DNA from: Spirochaetia bacterium
GTDB lineage: Bacteria; Spirochaetota; Spirochaetia; SZUA-6; Bin103
DNA: 64,000 nucleotides
NCBI GenBank assembly: GCA_965199955.1
Contig: CBDATQ010000002.1
Coordinates: forward strand, 288,001 to 352,000
Direction of reading: 5' to 3'
This document shows positions 48,768 through 58,678 of the stretch, piece by piece; position 1 is the stretch's first letter; every line of letters starts with the position of its first letter. Under the pieces are notes generated by a model. That model did no database searches. It was not told where the DNA came from and saw nothing but the letters and a program-made list of their open reading frames with translations. Made by a program: the position numbers and the translations under genes.

Positions 48768-50507
48768 ATGAGCAAACGCCTCCGTCTCGGGATCACCTTG
48801 GTGTTCGTCGGGATCGCCGTGGCCTTCCTGATGCCGACCATCCGCTGGCACGTGCTCCTCCCGGAAGACGAGCGGCAACTTGCCACCTCGTCGCGCGAGC
48901 AGATCCGCATCGTGTCGCAGCAACGGGCTGGCGCCGACCTGCAGCGGCTGCTGACGCTCGTCGACGCCGATCCCGGATCATCGGTACCGGAGGATCTGGG
49001 CTTCCTGCGCGGCCCCGCGCGGGATCAGTACCGGTTCGAAGGGCGGTCGGTGCCGTCTCCGTGGACGGTGCAGGCGCTCCTCGACGGATTCGGAAGCCAG
49101 GCGACGCTGCTGGGCGCACTGGAGTCCGATCACCGCCAGCGGTTGCTGGACCTCAAGGAGCTGACGACCCGCAGCCTGCAACTCGGCCTGGACCTGCAGG
49201 GCGGCATGTACGTGCTGATCGAGCCGGACTTCGAGGAGTTGGCGAACGAGCTGGGACCGCTCAGCGACGCCGACCGCAGGGATGCGCTCGACCGCGCGCT
49301 GGAGATACTCCTCAACCGCGTCGACCAGTTCGGACTGACCGAACCCTCGATCAACCGCGTGGCCGACGACCGGATCGTCGTCGAGCTGCCCGGCGCGCCG
49401 GATCCCGAACGGATGCGCAACTTCATCGTCGGCAAGGGCCGGCTGGGATTCCACCTGGTGGATCAGGACGGCCAGGCCGCGTTCGACGAGTACCAGCGCG
49501 CCAACCCGGGGAATTTCCTGGGCGCGGGCGGCGGCCTGCGCGATCCCGGCGTGTTGCCGGCGGGCACCGTGCTGCGCGGTGTCTACGAGAAGGACACCTA
49601 CGAGGTGGATCAGCTCCTCGGCTACGCGGTCATCAAGGATCAGGAAGGGCTGTCGGGGGAATTCATCAACGACTCGCGGGTGGACCGCGATCCCCTCACC
49701 GGCCGCCCGGAGGTGTTGTTCTTCCTGAGCCCGGAAGGGGGCGACATCTTCTTCAACCTGACCCAGGAGAACGTGGGCGAGATCCTGGCGGTGGTGCTCG
49801 ACGACCGCGTCAAGGCTCGCGCGCAGATATCCCAGGCGATTCGCCAGCAGGTGCGGGTCACCGGATTCACCCAGGGCGAGGCGGAAGACCTGGCTCTGGT
49901 GCTGCGTACGGGCTCGCTGCCGGTGCCGCTCGACATCGTCAGCCAGCAGGAGATCGGCGCGGGCCTGGGCGAAGACGCCATCCGCGCCAGTCTGCGGGCA
50001 GTCGCGGTGGGGGCCGTGCTGGTATTCCTGTTCATGGCGGCCTATTACCACGGTGCGGGATTGATCGCCGACCTGGTGCTCGCGCTCAACCTGTTCTTCG
50101 TCGTGTCGATCCTGTCCGTGCTGGGCTTCACGCTGACCCTTCCCAGCATCGCCGGCGTGATACTGACGGTGGGCATGGCGGTGGACGCCAACGTGATCAT
50201 CTTCGAGCGCATCAAGGAAGAGTTGCGTGCGGGCAAGTCGCCTGCCGCCGCGGTGCGGGCGGGCTTCGCCAAGGCATTCCGCGCGGTGCTGGACGCCAAC
50301 ATCACCACCTTCATCGCCGCGGTGGTCCTGTCGCAGATCGGCAGCGGCCCGATCCAGGGCTTCGCCGTGACCTTGTCGGTGGGCATCCTGTCCTCGATGT
50401 TCACCGCCCTGGTGGTGTCGCGGCTGATCTTCGACTTCATGATCGAGGTACTGCGCGTGGAGCGCCTGAGCCTCGGCTGGGCCGGCGCGCGACGGAGGAC
50501 GGCATAA
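48768..50507 (+). CDS. secD: Protein translocase subunit SecD
   Basis: LGLDLQGG, RVDQFGLTEP, LTLPSIAG..LTVGMAVDANV.IFERI, DANITT. Confidence 0.96.
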   Translation: MSKRLRLGITLVFVGIAVAFLMPTIRWHVLLPEDERQLATSSREQIRIVSQQRAGADLQRLLTLVDADPGSSVPEDLGFLRGPARDQYRFEGRSVPSPWTVQALLDGFGSQATLLGALESDHRQRLLDLKELTTRSLQLGLDLQGGMYVLIEPDFEELANELGPLSDADRRDALDRALEILLNRVDQFGLTEPSINRVADDRIVVELPGAPDPERMRNFIVGKGRLGFHLVDQDGQAAFDEYQRANPGNFLGAGGGLRDPGVLPAGTVLRGVYEKDTYEVDQLLGYAVIKDQEGLSGEFINDSRVDRDPLTGRPEVLFFLSPEGGDIFFNLTQENVGEILAVVLDDRVKARAQISQAIRQQVRVTGFTQGEAEDLALVLRTGSLPVPLDIVSQQEIGAGLGEDAIRASLRAVAVGAVLVFLFMAAYYHGAGLIADLVLALNLFFVVSILSVLGFTLTLPSIAGVILTVGMAVDANVIIFERIKEELRAGKSPAAAVRAGFAKAFRAVLDANITTFIAAVVLSQIGSGPIQGFAVTLSVGILSSMFTALVVSRLIFDFMIEVLRVERLSLGWAGARRRTA

Positions 50508-51904
50508 TGCAGGTTGGCGGAGTGCTGGCTGGCGGAGGGCGCGCGACGATCGAGTTCACCCGCCTCCGGGTGCCGATGATGATCCTGTCGCTCGTGGTCA
50601 TCGTGGCCGGACTGGCGGTCACCGTTCAGCGCGGCTTCAATCTCTCGGTCGACTTGGCGGGCGGCCTGTCGCAGCAGATCCAGATCGCTCGTCCGGCGCT
50701 GATCGTGGAACTGCAGGCGGGGACGGAGCTGGAGGTCGTGGTGCAGCAAACCACCGAACGGGTCCTCGTCCGCACCACCGACGTGCTCGGACAGACGCCT
50801 CTGGCCTTCGCCGACTACCCGTCGCTCGGGGAGATGGCCGACGCGTTCGCCGCGATTTCGGGCGTCACGGCCGCCACGGCGCTGGAGCCGGGACTGGCCT
50901 CCGACGAACTCCTTGCCGAGAGCCCGCGGCCGCAGGACGGCCGCCTGGTTCTGCACGCGGGGGCGGACGGCGACGAGCCGCTGTCGATCGACGCGGTGCG
51001 CGCCGCGCTCTTCTCCCTGGAGAAGTTCCAGATCAAGACCATCGGGGCGCTGGCCGACCAGCAGTTCGTGATCCGCGTGGAGGTAGCTTCGGACGACGAT
51101 ACGGAGTTGCAGGCGGTCCAGGAGCGGGTGCGGGCTCTGCTGGCAGACGAATTCGGTGATGACAGCCTGATCGTCCGGTCCACCGATTTCGTCGGCAGGC
51201 GGTTCTCGCAGATCCTCAGCCAGCAGGCGGTGTGGCTGGTCGTGGTCGCGTTGCTGCTCATCATGGTGTACGTCGGCTTCCGCTTTCGCCCGGAGTACTC
51301 GGTCGCGGCGCTGGTGGCCGTCGCCCATGACGTGCTGGTGATGATCGGCATTCTCGGCACCTTCCAGCTCGAGGTCTCCACCGCCACGATTGCGGCCCTG
51401 CTGACCATCGTCGGGTACTCCCTGAACGACACCATCGTCATCTTCGACCGCGTTCGCGAGAACGTGTCGCTCATGCGCGACACCGGCCTGCGCCGGGTGA
51501 TCGACACGAGCATCACGCAGTCTCTGTCGCGCACCCTCATCACCTCCTTGACGACCCTGCTGGCGGTGGTCGCCATTTACGTCTTTGCGACCGGGCCGAT
51601 CCAGACATTCGCCCTGGCCGTGATCATCGGCGTGATCGTGGGCACCTACTCGTCGATGTACATCGCGTCGCCGATCGTTCTGCTGCTGCAGCGCGGCCGG
51701 CGGCCGGCGGCCGGCGGCCGCGCCTCCTCCGCCTCAGCGCGGCCGAAGCCGGACGAGCCAGGTCCGGAGCCGGGAAGGGCGCCCGCCGCGACCGCGGCGG
51801 CCACGGCAACCGACGCTCAGCCCCCCGCGGCTTCACCTCGGCCGTCGGGCCCGCGGGTGCAGCCGGTCAGCAAGCGGCGCAACAAGAAGCGTAAGGGCAA
51901 GTAG
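50507..51904 (+). CDS. secF: Protein translocase subunit SecF
   Basis: NLSVDLAGG, AHDVL, GYSLNDTIVIFDRVRE, GTYSS; TAATG overlap with secD. Confidence 0.95.
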   Translation: MQVGGVLAGGGRATIEFTRLRVPMMILSLVVIVAGLAVTVQRGFNLSVDLAGGLSQQIQIARPALIVELQAGTELEVVVQQTTERVLVRTTDVLGQTPLAFADYPSLGEMADAFAAISGVTAATALEPGLASDELLAESPRPQDGRLVLHAGADGDEPLSIDAVRAALFSLEKFQIKTIGALADQQFVIRVEVASDDDTELQAVQERVRALLADEFGDDSLIVRSTDFVGRRFSQILSQQAVWLVVVALLLIMVYVGFRFRPEYSVAALVAVAHDVLVMIGILGTFQLEVSTATIAALLTIVGYSLNDTIVIFDRVRENVSLMRDTGLRRVIDTSITQSLSRTLITSLTTLLAVVAIYVFATGPIQTFALAVIIGVIVGTYSSMYIASPIVLLLQRGRRPAAGGRASSASARPKPDEPGPEPGRAPAATAAATATDAQPPAASPRPSGPRVQPVSKRRNKKRKGK

Positions 51905-51923
51905 CTCTCCAGCTCTCGGCCGC

Positions 51924-53255
51924 TCAGGACTTTCGGGGCTTCGAACGGGCAGCACGGGTGAGCAGGACGAGCTTTTCCACGGCCGACGCCACCAGCACGC
52001 CGGCGAGTGCGAGTTCCAGCAGGGTGCGCAGCACGGGCAGCATCCCCGCCGAAAGCACTGCCGGCGCCGCGAGCGCGGCCGCCAGCTCCGCCGCCAGCAG
52101 CACCATGCCGGCCGCAATCGACGCCTTTCCCAATCGGGTAGCCGACGGCAGCGGCCGCCCTGCCCACACCATCCAGGAGACCGCGACGGACTGGACGGTG
52201 AGCCGCACGACCAGCACCGCGAACACCCACGGTGTGCCGATGCCGAAGATCAACAACAGGATCGCCGCCGTTCCCAGCAGCAGGTAGTCGGTGGAGGAGT
52301 CCAGGTAGGAGCCGATGCGCGTCACCTGGCCCCTGCGCCGCGCCAGCGCGCCGTCGGCCAGGTCGGTGAGCAGGACGACCGACAGCAGCGCGATCACCGG
52401 CCACACCGGAGCGGTCCCGTCGGCTGCGGCAATGATGAGCAGGACCACGGTGGGGATCGAGGTCAGCCGCGCGAGCGTGAGCACGTTCGAGGGGTTGATT
52501 CTCGATAGCACGGGGCCGTCGAGGAGCGCGAAGTCGCATCGGCGCTTCAGGAGCAGGAAGATCAGCGCGCCGGCCACCATCGTGTGCAGCAGGGCGTACG
52601 GGAGCACGCTGGCCGTCACGCCGAGGTCGGCGGCAACCGCCACGATCGCCATCTGCAGAAGCCACAGGCTCAGGCACGTCGCGATGATGCTGAGCGTGAG
52701 TGCGTCCCAACCGCGGCATGTCCCGATCGGATCGACGTACCAGTACAGGGACACGATCGACAGTACCGCCGCGGCGCCAACCAAGGGCACCGCCACGCGG
52801 CGTGCGTGCTCGGGCTCGACCAGCAGCACCACCAGCACCACGATCGCCGCGCCGGCCTGCAGGACGGTCTTGAGCTTGCCGATCGGCCGCGCTCCGGCGT
52901 CGATTCGCAGGCGCAGCAGTACCGGCCGGATGAGTCCGTGCATCGCCGCTTCGCGAGCCGCGATCAGCGCCGGCACCCACGACGGGAGCACCCCGCGGAT
53001 CCCCAGACCCACGAAGAGCGCCACGAACACCATCGCATCGGTGAGTGCGTCGGCCACCTTGCCGAACCGCGAAACGACAGCGAAGCGCCGCGCGACCGCG
53101 CCATCGAGATAGTCGGTCACCACAGCGACGCCCGCGAGGACCAGCGCAAGGCCGGGTCCGCCACCGACGTCGCCGGCAAGCGCGATCAGGATCAGCGGTG
53201 CCAGGGCGCCCCTGCTCAGGGTCAGCGCGTTGGCGGTGGTGCGGGCGATGTCCAT
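51924..53255 (-). CDS. Tandem two-domain CDP-alcohol phosphatidyltransferase
   Basis: Two NxLT..R starts and two full DxxDGxxAR-x8-GxxxDxxxD motifs. Confidence 0.88.
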   Translation of the reverse strand: MDIARTTANALTLSRGALAPLILIALAGDVGGGPGLALVLAGVAVVTDYLDGAVARRFAVVSRFGKVADALTDAMVFVALFVGLGIRGVLPSWVPALIAAREAAMHGLIRPVLLRLRIDAGARPIGKLKTVLQAGAAIVVLVVLLVEPEHARRVAVPLVGAAAVLSIVSLYWYVDPIGTCRGWDALTLSIIATCLSLWLLQMAIVAVAADLGVTASVLPYALLHTMVAGALIFLLLKRRCDFALLDGPVLSRINPSNVLTLARLTSIPTVVLLIIAAADGTAPVWPVIALLSVVLLTDLADGALARRRGQVTRIGSYLDSSTDYLLLGTAAILLLIFGIGTPWVFAVLVVRLTVQSVAVSWMVWAGRPLPSATRLGKASIAAGMVLLAAELAAALAAPAVLSAGMLPVLRTLLELALAGVLVASAVEKLVLLTRAARSKPRKS

Positions 53256-53337
53256 GGGTGGTGTCGGAGGTGATTATGATCCGATGGTGGTCCCACACGC
53301 ACGTCGATCTGAGGTATCATGTAACCGTCGAGAGTCG

Positions 53338-53411
<74 letters not shown>

Positions 53412-53483
53412 GGATGACTTTGAACCCGCTCGGCCGCCGGTTGCGTGCTGCCGGCGCGGCGGGCGATTGACCGGGGGTGCGCC

Positions 53484-53669
53484 GTGTCCAAAACATACGT
53501 CGAGACCTCGTCCGACCTGTTGGCCGGGATCGACCGCATGGTCAAGGACGGCTTCTATCACGACCGCACCGAGGCGGTGAACGATGCCATTCAGCAACTG
53601 CTGAAGGCGTACAAGCTGTCGAAGCTGCACATGAAGGACGAGCGGCGTACGGAAGGAGCCGTCCTCTGA
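53484..53669 (+). CDS. Ribbon-helix-helix (CopG-like) protein
   Basis: IDRMVKDGFYHDRTEAVNDAIQQLL fits the RHH helix pattern. Confidence 0.7.
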   Translation: MSKTYVETSSDLLAGIDRMVKDGFYHDRTEAVNDAIQQLLKAYKLSKLHMKDERRTEGAVL

Positions 53670-53672
53670 CGG

Positions 53673-54383
53673 ATGCATGACCGCGGCCGGCGGTCGGCCG
53701 TGTCAGGCAGAGCCGTGCCAGGCTCCGACCACCGGGATGCCCGCCGTATGGTGCACCGCCAGTTGCAGAGTCGCGGGATCACGGATCGAGGCGTTATCAC
53801 GGCGATGAAGTGGATTCCGCGCCACCGTTTCGTCACGTTCGCTGCGCGCTGCGGCTGCTACGAGGATCATCCTGTGCCGATCGGCTTCGGACAGACCATG
53901 TCGCAGCCGTTCATCGTGGGCCTGATGACCGAGATGCTCGAGCTCACCGGCCGGGAGCGCATTCTGGAGGTCGGGACCGGCAGCGGCTACCAGACGGCGA
54001 TCCTGGCTGAACTTGCCGGCCATGTGTGGTCGGTGGAGATCCTCCCGGAACTGCAGCATCGCGCCAGAAGGGTCCTGGCTGACCTGGGGTTCTCCAACGT
54101 CGAGTTTCGTATCGGCGACGGCGGGATGGGGTGGCCGGAGTCGGCTCCGTACGACCGCATCCTGGTTGCGGCGGCTTCCTCGTCGGTACCGCGACCGCTG
54201 GTCGAGCAGCTCGCGGACGGAGGCGTGCTGCTGATGCCGGTCGGGGAGCCCGACGGCTACCAGGTGATGACCACGATCCGTCGCCGCGGCAACGCGACGC
54301 AGACTACCCGCGGCGTGGACTGCCGATTCGTGCCGTTGCGCGCGAACACGGTGTCCGCAGCCGCGCCGGGACGGGAGTCCTGA
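53673..54383 (+). CDS. pcm: Protein-L-isoaspartate O-methyltransferase
   Basis: IPRHRFV, PIGFGQTMSQP, LEVGTGSGYQTA, APYDRILV, RFVPL. Confidence 0.95.
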   Translation: MHDRGRRSAVSGRAVPGSDHRDARRMVHRQLQSRGITDRGVITAMKWIPRHRFVTFAARCGCYEDHPVPIGFGQTMSQPFIVGLMTEMLELTGRERILEVGTGSGYQTAILAELAGHVWSVEILPELQHRARRVLADLGFSNVEFRIGDGGMGWPESAPYDRILVAAASSSVPRPLVEQLADGGVLLMPVGEPDGYQVMTTIRRRGNATQTTRGVDCRFVPLRANTVSAAAPGRES

Positions 54384-55463
54384 GTGAACCGGGTTCCCGT
54401 GTTTCGGCCGACGGTTCGCCGCGACGAGATGGACAGCGTCCTCGGCTGCCTGGTCACCGATGAGATCGGCCCCGGGGACCGGGCCCGCGAGCTCGTCGCC
54501 GCGGTGGCGGGCGTCCTGGGCATGGCCGGCGGCATCGCGCTGGCGGACTACCGAATGGCGCTCGCATGTGCCCTCACGACCATCGATGTTCCGGGCGGAT
54601 CGCGCGTGCTGTGCTCGGCGCTGGCTCCGCGTGCGCACCGGGACGCCGTGGAGGCGAGCGGCCTGATGCCCGTGGTGGTGGATGTAAGCGCCGACTCCGG
54701 CGTGATCGACCTCGACGCGGCGGACGAGGCTCGTGGGGGAGCGTGCGCGGCACTGCTGGACCATACCCTTGGATTCGTTCCCGACTTGACGCGCGTGGGC
54801 GGCTGGGATCTGCCGGTGATCGAGGACGCTACCTGCTCGCTTGGGGGGTACGGTGGCGACGCGGCGCCGGGGCCTCGCGCTGACCTGGTGGTCGTTTCGT
54901 TGGCGGCAACCGCGCTGTTGACGGCGGCGGGAGGTGCGCTGTTGCTCTGCCGTACGAAATCCCTGCTCGCGTCCGCCCGGGAGGCGGCCGAGGACCGCTC
55001 CGAGCCGCTGGCTGACCTCAACGCCGCCCTGGCGCTCGCCCAGCTCAAACGCTATGACGACGACATGCAGACGCGGCGTGGCATCCGGGACGCGTACCAC
55101 GCGTCGATCACGCGTACCCGCCACCGCACGCTGAGCCTTCCCCCCGGCGCGGACGAGAACCTGCAGGTGCCGTTCTCCTATCCGGTGGTGGTCGCCGATG
55201 GCGCTCGTGACGTGCAGCGTTACGCGGCGCGAGCCCGCATCGACACCCGTTCGGCCTATGGAGGTTCGATCGTCGCCGCAGGGGGCGCGACGAACGGCGC
55301 GGCCGCTGTCGTGCCCGACGAAGCCCCGGACGATGCGCACGCTGCTGGCGCGTGTCCTGCCGCCGACTCGCTGGCACGGCGCTGCGTGCTGTTTCCGTTG
55401 TACCCGCTGCTCGGTGACGGGCAGGTCGAGGTCGTCGCCAAGGTGCTGGCGACGCTGCCGTAG
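54384..55463 (+). CDS. DegT/DnrJ/EryC1/StrS-fold protein, divergent
   Basis: VPVFRP start, PVVVDV, PVIEDA..SLG, AALALAQL, LFPLYP. Confidence 0.75.
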   Translation: MNRVPVFRPTVRRDEMDSVLGCLVTDEIGPGDRARELVAAVAGVLGMAGGIALADYRMALACALTTIDVPGGSRVLCSALAPRAHRDAVEASGLMPVVVDVSADSGVIDLDAADEARGGACAALLDHTLGFVPDLTRVGGWDLPVIEDATCSLGGYGGDAAPGPRADLVVVSLAATALLTAAGGALLLCRTKSLLASAREAAEDRSEPLADLNAALALAQLKRYDDDMQTRRGIRDAYHASITRTRHRTLSLPPGADENLQVPFSYPVVVADGARDVQRYAARARIDTRSAYGGSIVAAGGATNGAAAVVPDEAPDDAHAAGACPAADSLARRCVLFPLYPLLGDGQVEVVAKVLATLP

Positions 55464-55488
55464 TGATCGCCGGCACGGAACGTGAACG

Positions 55489-56340
55489 GTGGCGCGCGAC
55501 GTGAACGTGACCCGAGCGCTTCTGGTGCACAAACCCGGCAATCCCGATGCGGAGTTCGTGGACGAAGTCGCCGACTACCTCCATCACAGATCGGTGCAGG
55601 CGGACCGGATCGAGGCCGATCCGCGCGCCCACTGCGCCGCGCCCCCGGACATCGCCCTGTCGCTCGGCGGCGACGGCACGCTGCTCACGTGCGCGCGGAT
55701 CGTGGCGGAGCTGGAGACGCCCATTCTGCCGGTCAATCTCGGAACCCTGGGGTTCATCACGGAGATCGCCAAGACGGAGTGGAAGGACGCGTTCGAGCGC
55801 TACCGCAGCGGATGGCTGGCGGTCAGCCCCCGCCTGATGGTGGTGGCGACCGTACTGCGGGCCGGTCGGGAGGTCGCGCTTCTGCCCGGACTCAACGATG
55901 CCGTCATCTCCACCGGCGGTACGCCCAAGATCACCCGGCTGCAGGTCGCGTTGTCCGGAACTGCGGTTGGCCGCTACCGCGCGGACGGGGTCATCCTTGC
56001 TACGCCGACCGGCTCCACCGCCTACTCGATGGCGGCCGGCGGTCCCATACTGCACCCGGAGATGCAGGCGCTGGTGCTCAACCCGGTCTGCCCGTTCACG
56101 CTCTCCAATCGCCCGCTCGTGGTTCCCGCCGACGAGGTCGTGGAGATCACGGTGGAAGAGCCGCAGCGCACCGAAGTCATGCTGACCGTTGACGGGCAGG
56201 AGCCGCTTCCACTGCAACCGGGCGACCGCGTCGTGCTCAGGCGCTACGAGCATTCGGCGCTGATCATCCAGTCTGACCGGAGGAATTTCTACGAGGTGTT
56301 GCGGCACAAGCTGTACTGGGCGGGGGAGCCGGGTGCTTGA
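55489..56340 (+). CDS. nadK: NAD kinase
   Basis: LGGDGT, GTLGF, LND, ADG...ATPTGSTAYSMAAGGP. Confidence 0.95.
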   Translation: MARDVNVTRALLVHKPGNPDAEFVDEVADYLHHRSVQADRIEADPRAHCAAPPDIALSLGGDGTLLTCARIVAELETPILPVNLGTLGFITEIAKTEWKDAFERYRSGWLAVSPRLMVVATVLRAGREVALLPGLNDAVISTGGTPKITRLQVALSGTAVGRYRADGVILATPTGSTAYSMAAGGPILHPEMQALVLNPVCPFTLSNRPLVVPADEVVEITVEEPQRTEVMLTVDGQEPLPLQPGDRVVLRRYEHSALIIQSDRRNFYEVLRHKLYWAGEPGA

Positions 56341-58021
56341 AGCGCTGCACATCCGCCACTATGCCCTGATCGACCGCCTCGACCTCACGTTCGGCCCCGG
56401 CCTCACCGCCATCACCGGCGAGACGGGGTCCGGCAAGTCGATCATCATCGGGGCGCTCGGAGTCGCCCTGGGCGCCCGCATGTCGGCCGAGGAAATCCGT
56501 TCGGGCTCCGACGTCTGCGAAGTGACCGCGGTGTTCGATCCTCCGCAGGGCCAGGAGATCGACCGGTGGCTCCGCTCGCGTTCGATCGAGCTCGATGAGG
56601 AGTCGCTGTTCATGCGGCGGATCGCCCGGCGGGGAGGCCGCGGAACGGCGTTCGTCCAGTCGGTACCGGTACCGCTGGCGGACTACGCCGAGCTCGGACG
56701 CATGTTGCTGGCGATCCACGGACAGCATCAGCACCAGGGCCTGCTGTCGGCGGCGGAGCACCGCCGGCTGCTGGACCGGTACGCCGACGTCGAGGAGCAG
56801 GTGGCTTCCATCGCGGCCGACACACGCCGTCTCACCGAGCTGGATCGTCGTCTGGATCGAATGCGGTCCGATATGGAGCGCTCCGCGCACGAACGCGAGC
56901 TGCTGCAACACGCGGCAGCGGAGATCGCCGGTGCGGAGCTGCGCGACGGCGAGGAGCAGGAGTTGTCCGATCGCCAGCGTGTGCTCCGCAGCGTGGAGCA
57001 GATCCAGCGGCTCCTGGCCGCCGCACGGACGGCGACCTCGGAGACACAGGGAGGCGCGGGCTCCGGTCTGCGCACCGCTCTGCAGGCGCTCGGCGAGCTG
57101 GCGGCCATCGACGGCCGCTTCGCCGCGCTCGCGCGTCAGGTGGAGACCGCGCTCTACGAGGTCGAGGACATCACCGATGCACTCGGCGATGCACTCGGCA
57201 GGGCCGAGAGCGAAACGGTGGACCCCGGTGAGCTGCTTGCGCTGGAGGATCGGCTGGCGGCGATCCGCACCGTGATCCGCAAGTACGGCGGCACCGAAGC
57301 CGCTGCGCTGGCACACGCCGACGACTGTCAGCGCCGGCTCGACGGCTTGGCGTCGAGCGGGCAAGAGCTGTCCCGGTATCGCGAGTTGGAGGCCGCGCTC
57401 GAGCGGTCGCGGCGCGCGGCGGCTACCGCGCTGAGCGCCGCTCGAGAGCGCGCGGCGGCGGACCTGGCGCGTTCCGTGCAGGATCAGTTGCGCCAGCTCG
57501 GCATGCCGCAGGCCGGGTTTGGGATATCGGTGACTCCGCACCCTGATGGGATCGGCGCGACGGGGGCTGATGTCGTGGAGTTTCTGCTCGAATCAAATCC
57601 CGGTGAAGGCCTTGCCCCGTTGCGTTCGATGGCCGCCGGCGGCGAGTTGTCTCGGGTGATGCTTGCGCTCAACGCGGTGCCGGCCCGCGCCCGTGGAACG
57701 GCGGCGGTGGTGTTCGACGAAATCGACGCCGGCGTCGGCGGGCAGATCGGCGTGGCGATCGGCGAGCGCCTGCGCTGGCTGGCGGAGCGCCAACAGGTGC
57801 TGTGCATCACGCACCTGGCGACCGTGGCAGCACGCGCGGACACGCACGTCAGAATCGAGAAACGCACCTCCGCGGAACGCAGCTCGGTGGGCGCCGCCGT
57901 CGTCGACGACGTGGCGCGGGTCGATGAGCTGTCCCGTATGCTTGCAGGCGACCACACCGAGGGGGCGACCTGGCAGCACGCTGCGCAGTTGCTGGAGACG
58001 GCGCGCCGCCAGGTCGACTGA
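56333..58021 (+). CDS. recN: DNA repair protein RecN
   Basis: ITGETGSGKS, IHGQH, coiled coil, AGGELSRVML, FDEIDAGVGG, QVLCITH. Confidence 0.95.
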   Translation: MLEALHIRHYALIDRLDLTFGPGLTAITGETGSGKSIIIGALGVALGARMSAEEIRSGSDVCEVTAVFDPPQGQEIDRWLRSRSIELDEESLFMRRIARRGGRGTAFVQSVPVPLADYAELGRMLLAIHGQHQHQGLLSAAEHRRLLDRYADVEEQVASIAADTRRLTELDRRLDRMRSDMERSAHERELLQHAAAEIAGAELRDGEEQELSDRQRVLRSVEQIQRLLAAARTATSETQGGAGSGLRTALQALGELAAIDGRFAALARQVETALYEVEDITDALGDALGRAESETVDPGELLALEDRLAAIRTVIRKYGGTEAAALAHADDCQRRLDGLASSGQELSRYRELEAALERSRRAAATALSAARERAAADLARSVQDQLRQLGMPQAGFGISVTPHPDGIGATGADVVEFLLESNPGEGLAPLRSMAAGGELSRVMLALNAVPARARGTAAVVFDEIDAGVGGQIGVAIGERLRWLAERQQVLCITHLATVAARADTHVRIEKRTSAERSSVGAAVVDDVARVDELSRMLAGDHTEGATWQHAAQLLETARRQVD

Positions 58022-58065
58022 CCGTCAGTCTCGCTGGCAGGTCAGCCTGGCCGCCCGGGGACCGG

Positions 58066-58398
58066 CTACAGGGACTGTTCCCCGCCGTCACCACCCGACC
58101 GCTCGTCCAGCTCTTCTCCCGAGGAGTCCTCCACCAGCGTGAACGGCCGGATGCGCGAGCCCGAGTCCGCTTCGAACTCCTCGATCAGGGAGACGGTCTG
58201 GAACGGGATCATCAGGTGCGAGGCGTCCCCGAAGGTACGCCTGATCTCCTCCTCGGAGGGATTGATGATCAGCTTCTCGTCTTCCTTGAAGACGATACCC
58301 TTTATCGACACGAAGTACGGATGGGTGAGGTCCAGGCTCTCCGCCACCAATTGTACCTCTTTGTTCCGCCACCTGAAGTGTACTCGATATAGGGTCAC
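58066..58398 (-). CDS. DUF1820-like small protein
   Basis: LYRVHF...LIINPSEEEIRRTF....LMIPFQTVSLIEE; upstream TTGACA-18-TACCCT promoter (58454-58425). Confidence 0.7.
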   Translation of the reverse strand: MTLYRVHFRWRNKEVQLVAESLDLTHPYFVSIKGIVFKEDEKLIINPSEEEIRRTFGDASHLMIPFQTVSLIEEFEADSGSRIRPFTLVEDSSGEELDERSGGDGGEQSL

Positions 58399-58555
58399 GG
58401 GCTCTCTGCGTCGACGCTCGTCATAGGGTAAGGGCGCTTCCGCAACGGTGTCAAATCAGCCGCAGTTCGATCTCCATAACCCTACAAATGTTTACCATCA
58501 AAAATCGATGACCCTTGGTTGAGACACCGGGAGCGGCCCATCGGCCGTTCAGCAG

Positions 58556-58620
58556 TTGACATGTGGTGGGGGCTCCCTATTATAGGGAAGTTCGTGGGAG
58601 AAAGTGGGAGATCGTGGAGG
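58556..58620 (+). promoter_or_regulatory. dcw promoter with MraZ binding boxes
   Basis: TTGACA(58556)-16-TATTAT, then GTGGGAG/GTGGGAG/GTGGAGG at 10-bp periodicity (58594, 58604, 58614). Confidence 0.8.
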
Positions 58621-58678
58621 ACCATCGGATGGCGGAGGACCATCGGAAACGGACTTTCGCGTCCCGTGAGCTAGAGGC

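Noticed and set aside
49061..50506. N-terminal extension of SecF (947-aa ORF), and similar extensions of fabG, uvrD, the GNAT, NFACT and murF ORFs
   Set aside because: They overlap neighbouring real genes in other frames; true starts are marked by stop/start overlaps, RBSs or conserved N-termini.
53484..53669. RHH protein as a toxin-antitoxin antitoxin
   Set aside because: The downstream gene is clearly pcm; no toxin ORF adjacent.
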